DNA from: Macrostomum lignano
Taxonomy: Eukaryota
Assembly (NCBI GenBank): GCA_002269645.1
Contig: NIVC01000316.1
Location: 1 to 27,366 of the forward strand
Length of the DNA stretch: 27,366 bases
Reading direction: 5' to 3'
The notes beneath the pieces were generated by a model. The model was not told where the DNA came from, ran no database searches, and saw nothing but the letters and a program-made list of their open reading frames with translations. Below, one piece after another: positions 19,058 through 27,366 of the stretch; positions within the stretch are counted from its first letter, which is position 1; every line of letters starts with the position of its first letter. Both the position numbers and the translations under genes were made by a program.

Positions 19058-21226
19058 GCTAAAAGATTTATATTATACCAACACTTGGCTTATTTTTGAC
19101 AAAGGCTATGGTTTGCATATATATAGGAATATGAATACTTGACATCTATAAAATTATTAAACAAAAATGTCATAGAAATAGATTGATAAACATCTTAATA
19201 ATAATTTTATAATGTATTTAAAGCTGGAGATTTGTAACATAATAAATTTTTATTGACTTAATAAATGTTCATTATTCTTCATAGATAAAGTGTCAAAAAC
19301 AGTGTTTGTAAAAAGGAAACTCTTATAAACTATAATTCATTAAATAAGTTATTACCTTGGCATACCATTTTTAAAATGACATTTAAAGTCTAGGTGTCAC
19401 TTTTCAGTTTTCACTCTAGAATACATTAAGCAAAATCTAGACAATGGAACAGATAAAGCATTTAAAGCATTTTCACATAAAAAATAATAACTTTATACTA
19501 GTATAGTAGTATTAGTATGAAAAATATTGATAATACAATTCTAAACTAATGTCAATGAAGAGAAGAACATGTTCTTTTCAATTTAATTGATACTTGCTAC
19601 TCATATTCTTACTTTTATAGAAAATATTTACTTGAATTATTTGCAAAAAATTAAGGCCTCACATTCCAAAGATTTTTGTTAGAGTTTTGTTACTGTTTAA
19701 AGTCTAAAGGTTTTGAGAACTATTTTTTTATCCTACAAGTATATTCCTAATTCTTAATACTTCAGCATAAAACTTAACTATAAATAGAAATGCTATTCTA
19801 ACTTTTCTCTCATTGATTTAATTTTCTCATGCTTACGCTGAGGAATCAATATCAACACTCAAATCAAGAGTATCTTAAAGTTGAATCAATCCATTCATCA
19901 TCCATGCTGGATTTCATCCGTTCGTTGTTCTTAGAAAGGTAAGAATTTGTCCGTGCAGAAAAAACCAAAGACATTAAACAAAGTTTCTATTTCTTTATTG
20001 TAAAAATTTGTTTTAAAAATATAATTTTTAACTAAAAATCTATTTTTGTTGATTAAAAATATTTCTCTTTAGCCAAATTTAATTTTTACTGTAATTTCAT
20101 ATTGAGTGGTTGCTACTTTTAATACAAACATAACTGAATATTTGGCAACCCGATAAGGCGACGATAAGCTAGTTCTTTATCTGTTTACCATTTACTAAAA
20201 TTGTTTTAAAAAGTTCAGAAGTCAGAAATGAAGTTATAATTTTTCATGAGCTGTTTTACTCCTAACTAAAAAATTACCACGCAAACAACTGGACATTTTT
20301 GTTTCATTGCTTAAAAGGCATAAAAATTTCGCCTCAACGAGAAAGAGACAGGGGGTAAGTTAGCTGCTTTTGTAACCAGTTTCTGGTGTTAATTGTAAAA
20401 GAGATGATAAGATCGTAGAAATGTCCGTACAATACATTACGCGACAAAATTACCTTTGATAACCGGCTTTCACTCAATAGCTTTTCTATGTTTGCTCCAT
20501 TACCCTAAGACATATTCGATCTTTGATTTTTTATCATATTTTCTTAGTCTTTTCTTTCTAGTCATATTGGAATAGTAGCATCGACAATCGGCGCATCAAA
20601 GTGTGTAAAATTCTGACTCCAATTTTCAAAAGTCAAGAATCAGCGTGCCTAACTTTCAAATAATTGACTCTCTCAATTGCCCTATAACATTTTTATCGAA
20701 AAGCATATTAGGATACATTCGGCAATTCAGTGTCCCACTAATAGGCAAATAAATCAATATTTCAGTCTGAATCAGTCTATCTTTTGGAACTTTTCGGTAA
20801 TCTGCCTTCTACTATTTATTTTCGAATTTGGCTTTTAACTTTTTGTCTATTATGTGTTTTACTACTATATTTAAAATCATACTGATAGATATGATGCATT
20901 CACAGTATGCTGCTGATAAATGCTTCCATTTATTATTTTGAATTCAACTGCCTCTTGCCAATAAATCTTAGGATAAGGCGGCAGTTTTAGCTTTTGAGAG
21001 CTAGTGACAATTCCTCTCACCATTTTAGTTCATTTGTACTTGTATTTGTTTTCAAATGGTGCTGCTTTTATTTTCGCATATATAGAAGTGCTACCTTGAA
21101 ATAACCCCGATCGAAACATCAAATTATTAGAAATTCTGCTTCCCCTTTCGGCTCCAACAGTAGAAATTACCAAGCCATTTTTTCACCTGTCGAATCATCC
21201 TTGAAAATTTTTGCTGCGCCAGAATG

Positions 21227-21975
21227 GAGCAACTCAGGCACACGAAATTCAAAGACATGGACTAACTTTTTATTGCGCACCTTCTCAAACAAGAATCAAG
21301 TCGCCAGCTCTCTGGACAATACACTCCTGTGCGCCAATCAGCACTGCGCCTTAGTGCAGCTGTCCATTGAAGGTGCTGACGGCGTCTGAATGACAACCGA
21401 ATGTTTGAGAAACTAGTTGAGGATACCTAGCAGTTGAGGCTTGCCTATTATTGAGGCAGGCTTGATAAGAAAAATCTGACATAGTTGCAACAGGGTGTCC
21501 ATAGCCGCCTGGTGTCACTCGTTGAAGGTGCCGATGTCATCGGGGTGATAACGGAATGCTTGTGAGACTAGCTGAGGATGTCCAACAGTCGAGGCTTGCC
21601 CACTGTTGAGGCTTGATCAGCGAACCTTGAGAAATTCGCAACAGCGTGTCCATAGTCACCTGGTGCCACCTGTTGAAGGTCCAGAAGCTCCGCCTGGATG
21701 AAGGCCAATGACCAACGAAGTCAGAACTGATGCAGACACATGTGGTTGGCGTGCTGATGAAATTTGAAGGCTTGGCAAGGCTGCAGTGAGGCGCAGTGCT
21801 GATTGGCGCACAGGGGTGTACTGAATACACTGGCGCTTATGGGGAAAATCCGAACTTCTGGCAGAATCGTGGAATATCTCGACGGTCCAGAGGGCTGGCG
21901 ACTTGATTCTTGTTCGAGAAGGTGCGCAACAAAAAGGTAGCCCGTGTTCTGGAATTTCATATGCCTGCATTGCTC
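21227..21975. repeat. Long imperfect inverted repeat (arms 21227-21360 and 21780-21975) enclosing a diverged direct duplication of about 155 bp
   Basis: Arms aligned by eye, about 85-90% identical. The right arm carries an extra segment of about 62 bp. Confidence 0.9.
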
Positions 21976-23136
21976 TCCTTGCTAGTTCTACTGCTAAAAA
22001 TCAACAGTTTAATAAAGCTCCTTTTTTACGCTTCGCCAGTGCACCTACCTACTTGCTATTGGTAGTAGCATAGAGGAAGATGACTTCTGCAAGGGCCTCA
22101 CTCTCCCTGACTATTCAGTCAGACCTTGCATTGAATCTTAGAATTGTATTGCTTTGATGCTTTTAAGCTTTTTAAAACTTTTCCACTAACTTTGCTGGAT
22201 TGTAGGCCGATCCAAAAGAAGCTGTCCTTGCACTTGACTTGACATAATTTGTTTGAAATTGAAAACTAAATAAGAAGCACTCAACACCGGAAATTTTGTG
22301 CGTGTTTGTGTGTCCATTTTGAATGCCAGAACATCCTATTTCTAGTGATATAAAGTTATAAAGTGGTATAATTGGTTTAAAAAATGTCAAAGCATCAAGT
22401 TTAGAAGCTCTTAATCGAGCCTTTGACCCTTCTTTGTCTCTCCTTACACTCACTTTATTTATTGACTCTGGGAACCGGCCCTCATGCCTTCTCTCTCCCT
22501 GCCGCCGTGTGCCTGGTTGGCATGGCAACATTGCAAAAATGGGCAAGAAATTTTCGCTGTGCACTTCTGCCACACCTGGCAGAAGCAGAAAGCGGCCCCA
22601 ACCTCTTCCTCCTCCCTCTGTAAGCAAACTGGCTCAAAAGCCTCTCCCATTAACCTTTGCACAGCCCCCAGCCCCAGTTCCCACACATGCGGAGCGGAGG
22701 ATGAGGTTGCTCAGCCTGCCTTGGCTGCTGCTTTGCAGAAGCAGAAAGAAGTGAATAAGAAAAAGACAGCAGTTCAGCACGGGCCGCTCCCTCTCTCTGT
22801 CTCCCCCTAATTTTGCCTGCGACTAGCAGCTCTGGGCGAAAGTGAGCTTTGGATGGGGGGCAGCTTGAGTGAGTTGTTCCAGCTGCAGTAGCCTGCAGTG
22901 TTTGAGCTCAGCTAGCCTGACAGGAAGGCCTGAGCATAGGGGGGGGGCTTCCGACTGCCCCAAATCATTTCGCGACCCCCCCCCCACTCCGGCTGCAGCC
23001 CCAAAAACTGCAGGTGGCTGCCTGCGTGTAGCTGCCCCCCCCCCCCCAGCTTTAGATAAGAAAATCTGGCTCCAGAAAAAGTCTGGCTTGAGCGGAAGAA
23101 AACTGAGGCCAAGCCAGGGAGATCAGATCTTGACTA

Positions 23137-23700
23137 AAACTTCAGGGAGGGTTGCTAGGGAAGGATAGATACTCAATGATCTGCACAAAAACTTCAGGGA
23201 GGGTTGCTAGGGAAGGATAGATACTCAATGATCTGCACAAAAACTTCAGGGAGGGTTGCTAGGGAAGGATAGATACTCAATGATCTGCACAAAAACTTCA
23301 GGGAGGGTTGCTAAGGATAGGTACAGTACTGACTGATCTTGACAAAAACTTCAGGGAGGGTTGCTAAGGATAGGTACAGTACTGACTGATCTTGACAAAA
23401 ACTTCAGGGAGGGTTGCTAAGGATAGGTACAGTACTGACTGATCTTGACAAAAACTTCAGGGAGGGTTGCTAAGGATAGATACTGACTGATCTGAACAAA
23501 AAATGGTTTAACCAAATCGAAGTGACGACAGCTTAATAGTGAAAGTTTATTATAGTGACACAAACTCGCCTAGCTTTTGTTCATGACATCTTTGTTCGAT
23601 CAGATCAGTCAGTATCTATCCTTCCCTTAGTAATCCTCCTTGAAGTTTTTGTTCAGATCAGTCAGTATCTATCCTTAGCAACCCTCCCTGAAGTTTTTTG
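23137..23700. repeat. Seven direct 52/53-bp units facing two inverted units across a spacer of about 90 bp
   Basis: Unit core AAAACTTCAGGGAGGGTTGCTA. 23451-23501 is the exact reverse complement of 23647-23697. Confidence 0.93.
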
Positions 23701-23979
23701 TCAACTTGTTCTCAGTTTAAAGCTTGAGTAAATTCTTAGTAGCTTCAATTTGTGTGCTCAAACTGAAACGTTGCAGTCAGCCTAGAGATGTCTAATTAAA
23801 ATGGGGGGTGTTGATGAGGGGGTCAGAAACTCGAGGCTCTAGTTCTGGGTCTCTTTGGCCTCAGAGACCAGGCAGAAACCGCTGCTGACTCCCATTGGCC
23901 AGACGAGAAAGCCGAAGTTGCCTCCCTCCCCCACGCCTGTGCGGTCAAATTTAAACCAAACTCAATACTCACAGCGATG

Positions 23980-24600
23980 GAAAGCGAAAGAGGAGAGAGA
24001 AAGAGACACAGAAGGACAGCAGCTGAAAGAGCAGCGGAAGCAGAAAAAGAAAAAGAATTCAATTTTGCGCGCGGAATATCGTCGCTATGGGACCTCCGTG
24101 AGGAGGCCTGGCCGGACTTAGCACACCTGGAAGCCGCAACCAGCAGATCCTCAAGTTATCTTCGTCAGCGGAGACGCCTCACTGGCAGGTCTGAGGCAGC
24201 ATGTGGCTCTCAGGCCAGGGGAATCCGCATCTGCTGGCGAACTCCACCGCTGCGAACAACAACAACGGCGGCAGCTTTGCCAGACACAGGCCTGGGTAAA
24301 GAAAGCTCTCAAATATCCCCACAAGAGTTTCAAAGGGTTTCCCCTGGGTCCTCTGCCACTTCCGCGAACCAAAGCGACAGTCAACCCGCGGCTAGCAGCC
24401 ATGCGCGTTCCGCTGATCCCTGAGCACCACCACGGGATATCTGAATGTACGCAGGCACGCTCATGTAGGGTGTACAGCGACCACGACTCAGTGGCAGTGA
24501 CATACTCTACGAGTATTGCCTTGAGGATTTTAGCGCGTGCCGTGAGGTTACCAAACGAATTTAGTTTTCTCAAGGACCCTGAGGTTACTGAAAGACCCTT
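23980..24600 (+). mobile_element. Possible decayed non-LTR (L1/Tx1-like) apurinic-endonuclease domain
   Basis: Weak, correctly ordered motif resemblances: NFARGI...PDLAHLE, IFVSGDAS, YSDHDSV, and NEFSFLKDPEV (compare WKLNxSLLxD). Spacing of the first two motifs is too short and no RT follows. Inference only. Confidence 0.35.
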
Positions 24601-24870
24601 GGGATTATACAAGGACCTTGAGGTTACCGTAAACTCCTGGGGTAACCCTAAAACCCTTGGGTTACCCAAGGACCCTGAGGTTACCCAAGGACCCTGAGGT
24701 TCACCAAGGACCTTGAGGTTACCCAAGGACCCTGAGGTTACCCAAGGACCCTGAGGTTCACCAAGGACCCTGAGGTTACTCAAGGACCCTGAGGTTACCC
24801 AAGGACCCTGAGGTTACCCAAGGACCCTGAGGTTACCCAAGAACCCTGAGGTTACCCAAGGACCCTGAGA
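24570..24870. repeat. 19-bp tandem array CAAGGACCCTGAGGTTACC
   Basis: About 11 near-perfect copies at 24667-24870 plus diverged copies upstream. Confidence 0.95.
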
Positions 24871-25587
24871 TTCCAAAGACACAAAAGACTGCAGGGCTTC
24901 ACTGCAGCGCCACTCAAGGTGATTGAAAGCCGATTTGATGCACCAAATGAACCCTTCAGGAGCTGCAGTGCCTCAGTCACAAGTGTAACATTTATCTCGT
25001 GAAAAAGGCAGTCATGAAAAAATATCGCTCTGAATACAGAGACTGACCATTGCACAGTTCCCACTCTGCCCTCTCACAGCACATTGCTTAGCATCTGTTC
25101 TAGGGATCCTGATCCCATATCCTCGCTGACTCTCAGCTACAGACGCGTCGCCTTGCGTCGCCCGTAGCAAAAAACCTTAATGAGCGATGATGGCTATCTC
25201 GGCCCTCACGTTTTTTAATTAAAGCTACCCAGTTGCCATGCAGTTGAAAACTAATTAGAGCAGAGAGGAGCTTTGGCAAGCTGAGACTTCAGCTCAATTA
25301 GGGATTTGGGATCCGACTCTAAAAGTGCAGAAGCGAATCCAATACCTCCCTAGGGGATTGGGGATTGGGCTAGGAGGGGGCATTGAAAGGGGCTAATTAA
25401 ACTTGATTGGCATGAGCTGGGCCGCGGTTGGATCTACATCTTAAAAAAATAAAAGTAAAAAATAAAATAAAAAAACTTCGGCAGAAAGAGACTGGAGAAG
25501 AATCTTTAATTTGCGAGCACTTCTGGTTGTTTCTTTGCATTTTTTGTTCCAATAATAGCATATTCTCATTATACATATCACCTGGAT

Positions 25588-26280
25588 TTGACCCCTCTCT
25601 AGAGAGACTTGACCCCTCTCTAGAGAGACTTGACCCCTCTCTAGAGAGACTTGACCCCTCTCTAGAGAGACTTGACCCTTCTCTAGAGAGACTTGACCCC
25701 TCTCTAGAGAGACTTGACCCCTCTCTAGAGAGACTTGACCCCTCTCTAGAGAGACTTGACCCCTCTCTAGAGAGACTTGACCCCTCTCTAGAGAGACTTG
25801 ACCCCTCTCTAGAGAGACTTGACCCCTCTCTAGAGAGACTTGACCCCTCTCTAGAGAGACTTGACCCCTCTCTAGAGAGACTTGACCCCTCTCTAGAGAG
25901 ACTTGACCCCTCTCTAGAGAGACTTGACCCCTCTCTAGAGAGACTTGACCCCTCTCTAGAGAGACTTGACCCCTCTCTAGAGAGACTTGACCCCTCTCTA
26001 GAGAGACTTGACCCCTCTCTAGAGAGACTTGACCCCTCTCTAGAGAGACTTGACCCCTGACTCTCTAGAGAGACTTGACCCCTCTCTAGAGAGACTTGAT
26101 CCCCTCCAGCGACACTTGACCGCCTTTAGAAACACTTGACCCCCCAAAGAGACTTGACCCCTCCAAAGAGACTTGACGCCCCTCCAAAGAGACTTGACCC
26201 CTCCAAAGAGACTTGACCCCTCCAGAGAGACCTTACGCCCTGCCGAAACTAGCTTGACCCTCTCATAAGACCCTTGACCC
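25588..26280. repeat. 21-bp tandem array TTGACCCCTCTCTAGAGAGAC upstream of the CDKL start
   Basis: About 22 almost identical copies to 26058, then progressively degenerate units to about 26280. Confidence 0.97.
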
Positions 26281-26338
26281 CTCGGCGAGTCCCCCAGTCT
26301 AGCGAACAGCCCACCGCCGCAGGCGCCAGTCGCTCCTG

Positions 26339-26502
26339 ATGAACAATACGAGAAGCTGGCAAAATCGGCGAAGGCGCCTACGGCGGTCGTCTTCAAATGC
26401 CGAAACCGGACTCCGGCGACCTGGTGCTATCAAGAAGTTCACCGAGTCGAGGAGGACCCGCTGATTCACAAGATCGCCATGCGGGAGATTCGCATGCTCA
26501 AG
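26339..26502 (+). CDS. CDKL1: First coding exon of a cyclin-dependent kinase-like (CDKL1/4-like) kinase; needs 6 single-base indel corrections; gene continues past right edge
   Basis: Reconstructed [56 protein letters not shown], followed by AAG|GTGAGA donor. Glycine loop, VAIK and KIAxRE motifs. Paralog assignment within the CDKL family is uncertain. Confidence 0.85.
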
Positions 26503-26529
26503 GTGAGAAGTCAGCCAGCTTCCCAGTTT

Positions 26530-27295
26530 TCTCTACTTCCTTCACCTCCCCTCCTTACCTCTGCTCTCCGCCATCTCCCTCTCCCTCACTCTCCTTTTCG
26601 CCATCTCCCTCTCTCTCACTCTCTCTTTTCTGCCCTCTCCCTCTCCTCACTCTCTCTTTTCCGCCCTCTCCCCTCTCCCTCACTCTCTCTTTTCCGCCCT
26701 CTCCCTCTCCCTCACTCTCTCTTTTCCGCCCTCTCCCTCTCCTCACTCTCTCTTTTCCGCCCTCTCCTCTCCCTCACTTTCTCTTTTCCGCCCTCTCCCT
26801 CTCCCTCACTCTCTTTTTCCGCCCTCTCCTCTCCCTCACTCTCTCTTTTCGCCCTCTCCGTCTCCCTCCTCTCTCTTTTCCGCCTCTCCCTCTCCCTCAC
26901 TCTCTCTTTCCGCCTCTCCGTCTCCCTCACTCTCTCTTTTCCGCCTCTCCCTCTCCCTCACTCTCTCTTTTCCGCATCTCCCTCTCCCTCACTCTCTCTT
27001 TTCTGCCCTCTCCCTCCCTCACTCTTCTCTTTCTGCTCCTCCCTCTCCTCACTCTCATTTTCCGCCCTCTCCCCTCCCTCACTCTCTCTTTCCGCCTCTC
27101 CGTCTCCCTCACTCTCCTTTTTTCCGCCCTCTCCGCTCACTCTCACTCTTTTCCGCCCTCTCTCCTCTCCCTCACTCTCTCTTTCCGCCCTCTCCGTCTC
27201 CCTCACTCTCTCTTTTCCGCCCTCTCCTCTCCTCACTCTCTCTTTTCTGCCCTCTCCCTCTCCTCACTCTCTCTTTCTGCCTCTCCTCTCCTGAT
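26530..27295. repeat. Pyrimidine-rich array, variable unit of about 26-32 bp (CTCTCCCTCACTCTCTCTTTTCCGCC), CDKL intron 1
   Basis: Directly visible, starting about 30 bp after the donor. Confidence 0.92.
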
Positions 27296-27366
27296 TCTCC
27301 CGTTTCCGCCTCTTCCTCTTCCAGCAGGGAACGTTAGATCCTTCCTTTTTGGCCTACTTCTATTCG

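Noticed and set aside
20143-20175. TGGCAACCC (TIR-like half) and CTAGT (Helitron-end-like)
   Set aside because: No convincing partner end or GC-rich hairpin; too short to call.
22420-23050. Cys/His-containing short ORFs as retroelement ORF1, and an 11-bp GGGGGGCAGCT/AGCTGCCCCCC inverted pair
   Set aside because: No proper CCHC spacing, and the inverted match is mostly homopolymer.
170-26280. CRISPR-like appearance of 20-53 bp repeats
   Set aside because: Units are head-to-tail with no unique spacers, there are no cas genes, and the context is eukaryotic and intron-containing.
25428-27294. 210-aa (LERLDPS)n ORF and 271-aa Ser/Leu-rich ORF
   Set aside because: Array translations; only MREIRMLK of the second belongs to the CDKL exon.
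1-27366. tRNA, rRNA or structured ncRNA genes
   Set aside because: None recognisable by eye; a covariance-model search (Infernal/Rfam, tRNAscan-SE) would be needed to exclude them.

Overview
Eukaryotic (metazoan) genomic DNA, not prokaryotic. It holds three spliced genes with GC-rich exons and GT-AG introns. (1) The 5' part of a fibrillar-type procollagen on the minus strand: signal peptide, VWC domain, Thr-rich stalk and about 190 Gly-X-Y triplets in 9 exons from 8460 down to 48, running off the left edge. (2) A complete 4-exon bifunctional CoA synthase (COASY, PPAT + dephospho-CoA kinase, 515 aa, minus strand, 18455 to 12493). (3) The first coding exon of a CDKL1/4-like kinase (plus strand, 26339-26502). 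Between them lie a dead Ty3/Gypsy pol fragment, a probable small TIR element, a possible L1/Tx1-type endonuclease relic and two inverted-repeat structures. The dominant feature is that 11 of the 12 introns seen are each filled by a tandem array (11-75 bp units) that often runs to within a few bases of the splice sites. Several arrays appear to be born from local sequence: a splice donor, a retroelement ORF, or a core shared around COASY. Most long ORFs in the track are artefacts of these arrays. Clusters of single-base indels in collagen and CDKL exons look like long-read consensus errors. The overall style is reminiscent of Macrostomum-like flatworm assemblies; this is inference only and was not checked.
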